Source of the DNA: a virus | Strand: one strand, 5' to 3' | Length of the DNA stretch: 42,017 bases | IMG/VR virus record: IMGVR_UViG_3300045988_006872 | Location: 1-42,017 of that record | Shown: positions 23,518 to 30,952 of the stretch, piece after piece | Position numbering within the stretch: position 1 is the stretch's first letter | How the letters are laid out: each line of letters opens with the position of its first letter | Notes under the pieces: generated by a model | The model's database searches: none | The model's input: only the letters and a program-made list of their open reading frames with translations | Told to the model about the DNA's origin: nothing | Position numbers and translations under genes: made by a program

Positions 23518-23532
23518 ATATGATACATAAAA

Positions 23533-24642
23533 TCAGCCTTTCTCGATTTTGTTAATCGCGGCAACCATGCCCTCTGTGTTCGGGTGAACATACCTCTGCG
23601 TTGTTGTGATTTTCGCGTGGCGCATGATCTCCTTGATTGTAAACGGATCGATGTTCTTCATTGCAAGCGCGGTCGCGGTCGTGTGCCGACAGGCGTACGG
23701 CGGGAGGCGCTTCACTCCAGCCTGCTCCAAGCATTCGTAATATCTTGCATAAAAGTTGTCTTCGTTCATGCAGCATATCTTACCGACCTTCGATTTGCTT
23801 TCATCGCAGAGCTGCTGGAAAACAGGAGCGACAAAATCAGGAAACACCATAGGCGTTTCCTTCCGTTTTTTTGTCTTGAGGCCGCTATTTACGATCTCAT
23901 TTTTGTCAAAGTCGATCATACTCTTATCCAGCTTTCGGAGCTCTCCCGGCATCATGCCCGTGTATATCATTGCGAGGATAAACCCAGCAAAATTGTTTTT
24001 CGGGTACACTTTCCAGATCTTTTTTACGTCGTCCTCCGAGAACGGCTCTGGCGATTTTTCCTCCAGCTTCGGAAGTTTGACGAATTTTGAAAGATTGACT
24101 GTTGTCTGCTTTTCAGCGATGGCAAGATTGAAGCAGTGTGACAGGACTGTTTTCATGTCTCTGCGTGTATAGTAAGTGCTGGCTTTCCGGTCGACCACAT
24201 CCTGAATCTGGCCGATCGTCAGTGCGTCAATCTCACAGTCCGCAATTTCTTCCAGACGTTCAAATGCTTTGTCTGCTGCGCCCTGCCGGTCGTGGGAGAG
24301 GGACAAATAATCGCCCTTTAAGTATGTTTTATAATATTCTCGCAAGGTAGGGCTCCGTTTTTCTTTCTGCGGCGGGTTCGCAGCGTATTGAAGTGCGGCC
24401 CGTTTTGTTGCGAAGCCGCCCTTTGTCTTCGTTTTCTGATGCAGTTTGTCGTTCTCATCGAGATATATTCCGACAGTCCACCGCGCCGTCCAGGTCTTGC
24501 CGCGTTGATAAGCGCTACCTTGCCCGTTCCCGCGAGACTTTGCGCGCGGCTTCTCTGTCTGTTTCTTTCCGCACCAGCAACAGTAGGGCGCGCCGTCTGG
24601 AATCCCTTTTTTACACTTGATGCACTCCATGTTTCCCTCCAC
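23533..24642 (-). CDS. int: Tyrosine integrase with N-terminal zinc-ribbon
   Basis: 369 aa. C-terminal 'ACRHTTATALAMKNI...IMRHAKITTTQRYVH' carries the R-H-R-Y catalytic pattern. N-terminal 'CIKCKKGIPDGAPYCCWCGKKQ'. Adjacent to attP. Confidence 0.95.
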   Translation of the reverse strand: MEGNMECIKCKKGIPDGAPYCCWCGKKQTEKPRAKSRGNGQGSAYQRGKTWTARWTVGIYLDENDKLHQKTKTKGGFATKRAALQYAANPPQKEKRSPTLREYYKTYLKGDYLSLSHDRQGAADKAFERLEEIADCEIDALTIGQIQDVVDRKASTYYTRRDMKTVLSHCFNLAIAEKQTTVNLSKFVKLPKLEEKSPEPFSEDDVKKIWKVYPKNNFAGFILAMIYTGMMPGELRKLDKSMIDFDKNEIVNSGLKTKKRKETPMVFPDFVAPVFQQLCDESKSKVGKICCMNEDNFYARYYECLEQAGVKRLPPYACRHTTATALAMKNIDPFTIKEIMRHAKITTTQRYVHPNTEGMVAAINKIEKG

Positions 24643-25186
24643 GTTCTTTTCGGATCGCGTAGAAAGTAATTGCCGAAGCCAGCGCTGAACCTACGATCAG
24701 GGCAATGCAAACCCATGCAGCTACGGACAAATCTCCATCGCGAATGAGGCCTGCGTTCCGACTCTGTGCATCCGTTACAAGGCAGGCAATCAGAGAAAAA
24801 GAGAGCAGCATACAAAACAGGGCGAGGACGTAACACATTGTATGTGTAGACTTTATCTGTGCGCTTTGCGCGGCCGCTGTTGCCTCCAGCTTGGCGTTTT
24901 CAAGCTCGACATGATGGATCTGCTTGGTCAGCTTTTCCGGGCTCCCGACGGGATTTTCAAGGCCGAACAGCTCGTCGAGCGACAGGCCAAGCGCTTTACA
25001 TATTGCGGCCGAGTTATAAAGCCGTGGATCCGCTTGTGTTCCAGCATATAATCGGCTCACGGTGGAGAAGGAAACTCCGGACTTTTCCGACAGCTCCTCC
25101 AGCGTCATTCCGCTATGATCTTTCGCATTTCTGATTTTCCCATGATACGCGCCGATAAACGGCGCGAGTTCCTGTATTGCGGACAT
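24611..25186 (-). CDS. Membrane-anchored XRE-family HTH protein
   Basis: 191 aa with GGAGG RBS. HTH 'MTLEELSEKSGVSFSTVSRLYAG', coiled coil, then two TM helices 'MCYVLALFCMLLSFSLIACLV' and 'AAWVCIALIVGSALASAITFYAI'. Overlaps the int start by 32 nt. Confidence 0.75.
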   Translation of the reverse strand: MSAIQELAPFIGAYHGKIRNAKDHSGMTLEELSEKSGVSFSTVSRLYAGTQADPRLYNSAAICKALGLSLDELFGLENPVGSPEKLTKQIHHVELENAKLEATAAAQSAQIKSTHTMCYVLALFCMLLSFSLIACLVTDAQSRNAGLIRDGDLSVAAWVCIALIVGSALASAITFYAIRKERGGKHGVHQV

Positions 25187-25531
25187 TGGTGCGCCTCCAA
25201 TTGCAGATTGTATTGTTATTTCTTACATTTTCCGTGTGAAAACGCAAACTATGAGAAGAAAACGCAAAACTCGAGCTTTTTTTACAAACATTATCTGGTA
25301 CAATGAAAACGTAGCAGATAGTTCCTGAATCCGGCATCTGCTGAAATGGCCCCACCGTATGTTCCAGATACGATGGGGCCGGCCAAACAGAATATTGTAT
25401 TACATTATCAGCCCCATAAACGTCTTTTTTCATTTTCTGTACGCCCAAAAACAGGCGGCATTTTTGTCGAGGACTTCCAATCAACGAATTAGAACGAAAG
25501 TTCTAAAATATACAACATCGGAGGAACGAAT

Positions 25532-25714
25532 ATGAAAAGCATCAATGTTCGGCTGGATAACGGGCAGGTAAATGTCATCGTCGACGGCGCGCTGTTCCAG
25601 GATGTGCATAGTCTGAGCCTTGATTATATCAAGGGGCTTCCTATGCTATTTTCCTGCGTCTCAGATGTTGGTGAGGAGCAGGACAAACGGCGGGAGCCGA
25701 GGATCCTGCATTAG
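25532..25714 (+). CDS. Hypothetical 60-aa protein (rightward ORF inside the leftward lysogeny region)
   Basis: GGAGG RBS 7 nt upstream. Converges on 25711-26334 with a 4-nt overlap. Confidence 0.5.
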   Translation: MKSINVRLDNGQVNVIVDGALFQDVHSLSLDYIKGLPMLFSCVSDVGEEQDKRREPRILH

Positions 25715-26334
25715 TCATAGTACTCCATTCGCATGGACGGTATTGTGACTGTATTTCCGAGTACGGCAATATAAGTTTCGACGCCGTTGCATTCTCCATA
25801 GCATGTAATGCGATCGTTCTCTAGGATACGGCTTTCCCCTTCCGGTCGCGTGTATGTGACGTACCAGATTCCGTATTCGGTTTGTACGCGGAGCGTAACT
25901 GAATCTAGGATTCCTTCCTGCACCTGAATGACAGTTCCGTTGATTACGGTTTTTCTACCCTTGTATTCGTCTGGGTTTCTGGAAATTCCGGAGTAGGAAA
26001 GATCTTCGCACTGAGCAATGTATTCTTCACGTGTGAGCTCCGGAGACTTACCGTCAGCACCCTGCGTGCTGGTATCTTGCGAAGCCATGCCGATACACAT
26101 GAAGATAAACAAAACGCCGAAAACGGCAACTAGTATTTTCCCAATCGGCGACAGCTTCTTGCGATGTTTCGCGCCGCAGGATGGACAACGCTTGACGCTT
26201 GCGCTGATCTGCGCACCGCACGTCTTGCATACGCTCTTTCTGTTTGGAGTCTGACAGTACGGACAACGCTTCATCTTTTCGTCAAACTCTTCCCCGCACC
26301 GCGGACATGTCACATAATAGATTTGCTTCTGCAT
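25711..26334 (-). CDS. Zinc-ribbon / single-TM / extracytoplasmic beta-domain protein (candidate superinfection-exclusion-type membrane protein)
   Basis: 207 aa with GGAGGG RBS. Two CxxC pairs occur twice ('CPRCG...CPYC', 'CKTCG...CPSCG'). TM 'ILVAVFGVLFIFMCIGMA'. Confidence 0.7.
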   Translation of the reverse strand: MQKQIYYVTCPRCGEEFDEKMKRCPYCQTPNRKSVCKTCGAQISASVKRCPSCGAKHRKKLSPIGKILVAVFGVLFIFMCIGMASQDTSTQGADGKSPELTREEYIAQCEDLSYSGISRNPDEYKGRKTVINGTVIQVQEGILDSVTLRVQTEYGIWYVTYTRPEGESRILENDRITCYGECNGVETYIAVLGNTVTIPSMRMEYYD

Positions 26335-26458
26335 ACAACATCACCCTCCATATATTTTGGCAATACTTGTATGGTATCATCAAAACGAAACAGCAGCAAT
26401 GCCGAACCTGCACAAAAATAGACGTTGAAATTTGGAAGTTTGGAGATAGGAGGCCGCA

Positions 26459-26602
26459 ATGCTGGAAAATTTACAGGAAGTGTGCTATGATAGCAGCCAG
26501 ATAGAGCGGATCCGCACACAGCTAAAGCGGATCGTGTTAGAACTTTCGGTTGAAGAACAGGAAGAACTTTTGAGAATGATTAAGGAGGGTATGCATGAGT
26601 AA
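26459..26602 (+). CDS. Hypothetical 47-aa protein
   Basis: AGGAGG sits 5 nt upstream. MLENLQEVCYDSSQIERIRTQLKRIVLELSVEEQEELLRMIKEGMHE was read manually; it is below the ORF-track cutoff. Confidence 0.4.
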   Translation: MLENLQEVCYDSSQIERIRTQLKRIVLELSVEEQEELLRMIKEGMHE

Positions 26603-26607
26603 GCCGT

Positions 26608-26835
26608 TCACTCCGATTCATGTAATGACTGAAGCGTTTCGGAAAGCCATGTGTGATATTGTTGCAAAAGAGCGAGAGAAACGGCAACAGAGCACGACGC
26701 AAGAGCAGACACCTGCTCCGCAGAAAACGGGAGAGAATTGCCCGCAGTAAATGCAGTTAACGCATTTTCAAAGTCATATGCTGCGGCCTCGATGTCGAGC
26801 TGCGCTTTGAAATCTGAAAAAGACGGAATTTTCAT
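26608..26835 (-). CDS. Hypothetical 75-aa protein co-transcribed with the repressor
   Basis: ATGA-type overlap with the stop of the cI-like gene. Confidence 0.55.
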   Translation of the reverse strand: MKIPSFSDFKAQLDIEAAAYDFENALTAFTAGNSLPFSAEQVSALASCSVAVSLALLQQYHTWLSETLQSLHESE

Positions 26836-27182
26836 GCTTGCCCCCTCTGGCTTTTCAAATACCGGATATATTTGATCACGTCAGCGAGTTCTTCGCCGGA
26901 CGCAGAATCCAGAAAGTCTAATATCTCCTGCGCGGCAAGACTCACCGCCTCGTCCTTCGGGACGGGGTCTTTTTTTATGCCTGCAGACGGGTCACCGTAA
27001 AGCAAGTACTCAACAGAAACATTGAAATAGTCTGCAACCTTTTTGACTTTGTCTGGACTGGGCGCGTGGTCATCCCACTTTGCCATTGACCCGCGTGTAA
27101 GACCGCATTCCTGCTCCAACTTGTTAATGGAAAGCTTTTCGTGTTGCTTTCGAAGTTCGCCGATTCTGCTGAGTATTGACAT
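26832..27182 (-). CDS. CI-like repressor (XRE HTH, no S24 peptidase domain)
   Basis: Internal Met 'MSILSRIGELRKQHEKLSINKLEQECGLTRGSMAKW' behind GAGGA. Divergent from the cro-like gene. Confidence 0.8.
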   Translation of the reverse strand: MSILSRIGELRKQHEKLSINKLEQECGLTRGSMAKWDDHAPSPDKVKKVADYFNVSVEYLLYGDPSAGIKKDPVPKDEAVSLAAQEILDFLDSASGEELADVIKYIRYLKSQRGQA

Positions 27183-27203
27183 AGGATAGTCCTCAAAGAA
27201 ATT

Positions 27204-27219
27204 TACGAATAAATTCGTA
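27204..27219. promoter_or_regulatory. Operator O1: TACGAA-TAAA-TTCGTA
   Basis: Perfect inverted hexamers with a 4-nt spacer, in the cI/cro intergenic region. Confidence 0.6.
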
Positions 27220-27227
27220 AAAACATC

Positions 27228-27255
27228 TTGACAATTACGAAAATATTCGTATAAT
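27228..27255 (+). promoter_or_regulatory. Rightward early promoter (TTGACA-16 nt-TATAAT)
   Basis: Consensus -35 at 27228-27233 and consensus -10 at 27250-27255, oriented toward the cro-like gene. Confidence 0.7.
27236..27251. promoter_or_regulatory. Operator O2: TACGAA-AATA-TTCGTA, overlapping the promoter spacer and -10
   Basis: Same half-sites and spacing as O1. Confidence 0.6.
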
Positions 27256-27379
27256 GAAAAGTACAAACGGGCGCAACAAACCAGCCACAAAGGAATTGCC
27301 CCTGTAGCGGAAATGTTTACTTTTGCTGACAACGATAGTTTAGAACATTTTCGCAACTTTGTCAATAAGGAGGGAGAAA

Positions 27380-27595
27380 ATGCTCTTAGAAAACATCAAG
27401 AAACTTTGCGCATCACGCAATATTTCGCTTTCTGCACTTGAAAAGACACTTGGCTTTGGCAATAGCACGATTGCAAAATGGGCGGATTGTAGTCCGACAG
27501 TCGAAAAACTATCGCTCGTTGCCGACTATTTCGGCGTATCGGTCGATTCACTGCTGCAGAAGCCGGGGAAAAGGAGGGACACGAAGTGCCATTGA
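27380..27595 (+). CDS. Cro-like XRE HTH protein
   Basis: AAGGAGGG RBS. 'ISLSALEKTLGFGNSTIAKW'. Confidence 0.75.
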   Translation: MLLENIKKLCASRNISLSALEKTLGFGNSTIAKWADCSPTVEKLSLVADYFGVSVDSLLQKPGKRRDTKCH

Positions 27596-27798
27596 CCATC
27601 AATGATATCCGGGCAATGTCAAAGCCCACAATCCTCGCAAGCGAGGCGGCGCAGGTGCTCGGCTGCGATCCGCAGTGGATCCGCCTAATGGCGCGGGAAC
27701 GGCCTGAAAAGCTGGGCTTCCCGGTCTGCTGCACAAGCAAGCACAGAGTGAAGATCCCGAGAGAACCATTCATTAAATTTGTTGGAGGAGAGCTATGA
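27586..27798 (+). CDS. Small HTH DNA-binding protein (excisionase/MerR-like)
   Basis: 70 aa. 'ASEAAQVLGCDPQWIRLMARE...GFPV...RVKIPREPFIKF' fits the excisionase-family pattern. Confidence 0.55.
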   Translation: MPLTINDIRAMSKPTILASEAAQVLGCDPQWIRLMARERPEKLGFPVCCTSKHRVKIPREPFIKFVGGEL

Positions 27799-28007
27799 GA
27801 GAGGAAACCACTGAAGAACGTCAGGAACGGCTGTGGGACGAGCTGCAGTACCGCAAGACGTTGCGGCGGGTGGCAAAGGTATGCAGCCTGTGGGTCGGCG
27901 GCGTGGCGTTCGCGATGGCCGTGATCGCCGGATACGCGGAGCTTACGGACGCCGCCGTGATCACCGGCGCGATCGCACTCGGCTGCACGACGTTCGGGGT
28001 GCTGTGA
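27795..28007 (+). CDS. Small membrane protein
   Basis: 70 aa; hydrophobic 'VCSLWVGGVAFAMAVIAGY' and 'VITGAIALGCTTFGVL'. Confidence 0.5.
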   Translation: MREETTEERQERLWDELQYRKTLRRVAKVCSLWVGGVAFAMAVIAGYAELTDAAVITGAIALGCTTFGVL

Positions 28008-28189
28008 TGGATGAGATCGGCAAAGCGGCGCTGACCATGACGCCCTGTGAGATCTGCGCAATGCTCGACGCGAAGCGCTGTTACCGCCCGACCGAGGACG
28101 CTTATGGCTGCGGAATTTATGCCGAGATCATCTGCGCACAGTGGGACGCGACGTGCAAGCTCATCCGTGAGCGAACGAAAAAGAAATGA
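28007..28189 (+). CDS. Hypothetical Cys-containing 60-aa protein
   Basis: TGATG overlap. Internal Met of track ORF 27833-28189. Confidence 0.45.
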   Translation: MDEIGKAALTMTPCEICAMLDAKRCYRPTEDAYGCGIYAEIICAQWDATCKLIRERTKKK

Positions 28190-28264
28190 CCCCTGCCGCG
28201 CTGCAACGCGACAGAGGCCGACAGAAAAACTATGTCGCCCTCATTATAGGGCAGAAAGGAACCT

Positions 28265-28609
28265 ATGTCAAGTTTAACGGATTCCCGCGTCCGGCATGGG
28301 TCGAAAGCCTGTGTCGACGCAGTTCATCGGGCTGACTACCCGAAATTCAACAAATGCCTGCTTTCGCAGTGCGAAGCACCGGAGAAATACGGTGTGCAGC
28401 TCGTCCCGGAGGCTGCGGCGGCAATCAAGGCGCTGGACGCGCCGAAGAACCGCGCCGACCGGCGGAAGAAGACAAACCGGTATTATTTCCGCCTGACGGA
28501 CGATCAGGCGAAGAAGCTGGACAGGTTGCTGAAAAAGCTCGGCTATTCCACGGTGCAGAGCTTTTGCGAGGCGATGATCAGGCAGGAGGCGAACCGGAAT
28601 GGCGTATGA
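28265..28609 (+). CDS. Hypothetical protein with C-terminal RHH-like segment
   Basis: 114 aa. 'YYFRLTDDQAKKLDRLLKKLGYSTVQSFCEAMI'. Confidence 0.55.
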   Translation: MSSLTDSRVRHGSKACVDAVHRADYPKFNKCLLSQCEAPEKYGVQLVPEAAAAIKALDAPKNRADRRKKTNRYYFRLTDDQAKKLDRLLKKLGYSTVQSFCEAMIRQEANRNGV

Positions 28610-28733
28610 CGGCGAAAATCTGTACTTGAGCATTCCGGAGCCGAAGTATGAGCCGGACGAGCCGGAGGACGAAGATCGTTATTTATTCCCGCCGCTGTGG
28701 CTGGTGGGGTTGATGAAACAGGAGGGCGAATAG
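28599..28733 (+). CDS. Hypothetical acidic 44-aa protein
   Basis: Read manually: MAYDGENLYLSIPEPKYEPDEPEDEDRYLFPPLWLVGLMKQEGE. Fills the gap before the exonuclease gene. Confidence 0.35.
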   Translation: MAYDGENLYLSIPEPKYEPDEPEDEDRYLFPPLWLVGLMKQEGE

Positions 28734-28734
28734 A

Positions 28735-29679
28735 GTGCTTGAAATGATCTCAACCGCGAACATGAGCCGCGAGGCGTGGCTAGAGGAACGCCGAAAGTCT
28801 ATCGGCGGCAGTGATGCAGCGGCGATTGTCGGCATGGGCCGGTATGCGAGCCCATACACCGTATGGATGGACAAAACCGGGCGGCTGCCTGAAAAGGAAG
28901 ACACCGAGGCAATGCGGATCGGGCGCGACCTGGAATCATACGTTGCTTCCAGATTCGAGGAATCTAGCGGTAAGAAAGTCCGGAAATGCAACTATATTAT
29001 GCGCAACCCTGCGTACCCGTGGGCGCATGCCGACATTGACCGGCGGCTTGTCGGAGAGGACGCCGGGCTTGAATGTAAGACAACCTCCACATTAGATATC
29101 CGGCAGTTCAACGGTGTGGATTTCCCGGAGAAATATTATTGCCAGTGCGTGCATTATCTGGCCGTCACCGGCCTTGACCGTTGGTATTTAGCGGTGCTCG
29201 TCTTCGGGCGCGGATTTTTTACATACACGCTGGAACGCGACGAGGCGGAAATCTCCGCGCTGATGGAGGCGGAGAAGCTTTTCTGGCGGTGCGTCGAGGA
29301 AGACACCCCGCCTGCACCGGACGGCTCGGAGGCGACGACGGACGCGATCAGCACGGTTTATGCCAATAGCAGCGGCGAACAGCTTGATTTGTTTGGACGC
29401 GAACAGCTGCTGTCTGAGTATATGCAGATCAAACGTCAGGCGGCGGCACTGGCGGAGCGCAGCCGAGAGATTGAAAACACGATCAAGCTCGATATGGGTA
29501 CGGCAGAGCGGGCCGCCTGCAACGGCTACAACGTCTCTTGGAAGCAGCAAAACCGGCAGACGTTCCAGCCCAAGGCCTTTAAGGATGCATACCCGGATAT
29601 CGATTTGACGCCGTTCTATAAAACGGTGCAGGCCCGGCCATTCAAAATTACAGAAATGAAACAGGAGGAAGAATCATGA
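28735..29679 (+). CDS. YqaJ-type viral recombinase exonuclease
   Basis: GTG start 9 nt after GGAGG. 'REAWLEERRKSIGGSDAAAIVG...SPYTVW', 'IGRDLE' and 'GLECKT' motifs. Confidence 0.85.
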   Translation: MLEMISTANMSREAWLEERRKSIGGSDAAAIVGMGRYASPYTVWMDKTGRLPEKEDTEAMRIGRDLESYVASRFEESSGKKVRKCNYIMRNPAYPWAHADIDRRLVGEDAGLECKTTSTLDIRQFNGVDFPEKYYCQCVHYLAVTGLDRWYLAVLVFGRGFFTYTLERDEAEISALMEAEKLFWRCVEEDTPPAPDGSEATTDAISTVYANSSGEQLDLFGREQLLSEYMQIKRQAAALAERSREIENTIKLDMGTAERAACNGYNVSWKQQNRQTFQPKAFKDAYPDIDLTPFYKTVQARPFKITEMKQEEES

Positions 29680-30512
29680 ACAAAATCCAGCAGGCAACCG
29701 CGCAGACGGCTATGAAGGCACAGAGCGGCGGAAATCCGACAATGCAGCAGTATATCAAGCAGATGGAGGGTGAGATCAAGAAAGCGCTTCCCTCCGTTAT
29801 GACGCCGGAGCGGTTCACGCGGATCACGCTTTCCGCGCTTTCCACAAATCCGAAGCTGGCGCAGTGTACGCCGCAATCCTTCCTCGGCGCAATGATGACT
29901 GCCGCGCAGCTTGGCTTGGAGCCGAACACGCCGCTTGGGCAGGCATACTTGATCCCGTATTGGAACGGGAAACAGAACCGCCTTGAATGTCAGTTCCAGC
30001 TTGGGTACAAAGGCATGATTGATCTGGCATACCGCTCCGGCGAGATCCAGACGATCCAAGCACAGGTCGGACACGCGAACGATACACTGATTGCCGAGTA
30101 TGGCACAGAATGCAGCCTGAAATTTATCCCGAAGCTGAACGGAGATCGCGGCGACCCGGTGAACGTCTGGGCGATGTTCAAAACAAAGGACGGCGGCTAC
30201 GGTTTCGAGATCATGACACTGGACGATGTTCGCGCCCATGCGCAGAAGTACAGCAAGGCATTCGGTTCCGGCCCGTGGCAGACCAACTTTGAAGAGATGG
30301 CAAAGAAGACCGTTCTGAAAAAGGTTCTGAAGTATGCCCCGATGAAGTCTGAATTTGTTCGGCAGATCGCGCAGGACAGCACAGTCAAGACGGAGATCAG
30401 CGACGATATGTTCAGCGTTCCAACTGTTGTCGCAGATGCGGAAATGGTCGACGATATGCCTGTTGATCAGACTACAGGTGAGGTAATGGAGGGCAACACA
30501 AATGTTGAATGA
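29676..30512 (+). CDS. recT: RecT single-strand annealing protein
   Basis: 278 aa. 'SFLGAMMTAAQLGLEPNTPLGQAYLIPY' and 'FQLGYKGMIDLA'. Paired with the YqaJ exonuclease. Confidence 0.9.
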   Translation: MNKIQQATAQTAMKAQSGGNPTMQQYIKQMEGEIKKALPSVMTPERFTRITLSALSTNPKLAQCTPQSFLGAMMTAAQLGLEPNTPLGQAYLIPYWNGKQNRLECQFQLGYKGMIDLAYRSGEIQTIQAQVGHANDTLIAEYGTECSLKFIPKLNGDRGDPVNVWAMFKTKDGGYGFEIMTLDDVRAHAQKYSKAFGSGPWQTNFEEMAKKTVLKKVLKYAPMKSEFVRQIAQDSTVKTEISDDMFSVPTVVADAEMVDDMPVDQTTGEVMEGNTNVE

Positions 30513-30942
30513 AGTAACGTTGATGGGCCGACTGACCCGTGACCCGGAGATCCGCATGACACAGAGCGGCACAACCGCAGCAAGCTTTGCACTGGCTTGC
30601 GAACGTGACTACGCGCCGCAGGGACAGGACAAAGTTACGGACTTTTTTGATATTGCCACGTTTGGCAAAACCGCTGATTTCGTCGGCCAGTATTTTGCCA
30701 AAGGGCAGCTCGTGGCAATCAAAGGCCGTCTGCAGCAGCGCGACTGGACAGACAAGCAGGGCAATAAACGCCGCACGACGGAGATCCTTGCAGATCGGTG
30801 CTATTTTGCCGAGAAGCGGCAGACGCCCGCAGCAGTACAGCCTGCGGATTTCTCGCAGCTCCCCAGCACAACGCCAGTTCCGTTTTCCGAACCGGATATG
30901 CCGCAGATGGAGATCGGCGACGAAAACGAGCTTCCGTTCTGA
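30502..30942 (+). CDS. ssb: Single-stranded DNA-binding protein
   Basis: 'NEVTLMGRLTRDPEIR' OB-fold start and an acidic tail ending 'DENELPF'. Confidence 0.9.
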   Translation: MLNEVTLMGRLTRDPEIRMTQSGTTAASFALACERDYAPQGQDKVTDFFDIATFGKTADFVGQYFAKGQLVAIKGRLQQRDWTDKQGNKRRTTEILADRCYFAEKRQTPAAVQPADFSQLPSTTPVPFSEPDMPQMEIGDENELPF

Positions 30943-30952
30943 GGGCTGACGG

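Noticed and set aside
25113-25484. 123-aa minus-strand ORF in the int-proximal intergenic region
   Set aside because: Its 3' part overlaps the N-terminus of the HTH-TM gene in another frame. It has no RBS and its composition is odd. The region is better explained as non-coding regulatory DNA.
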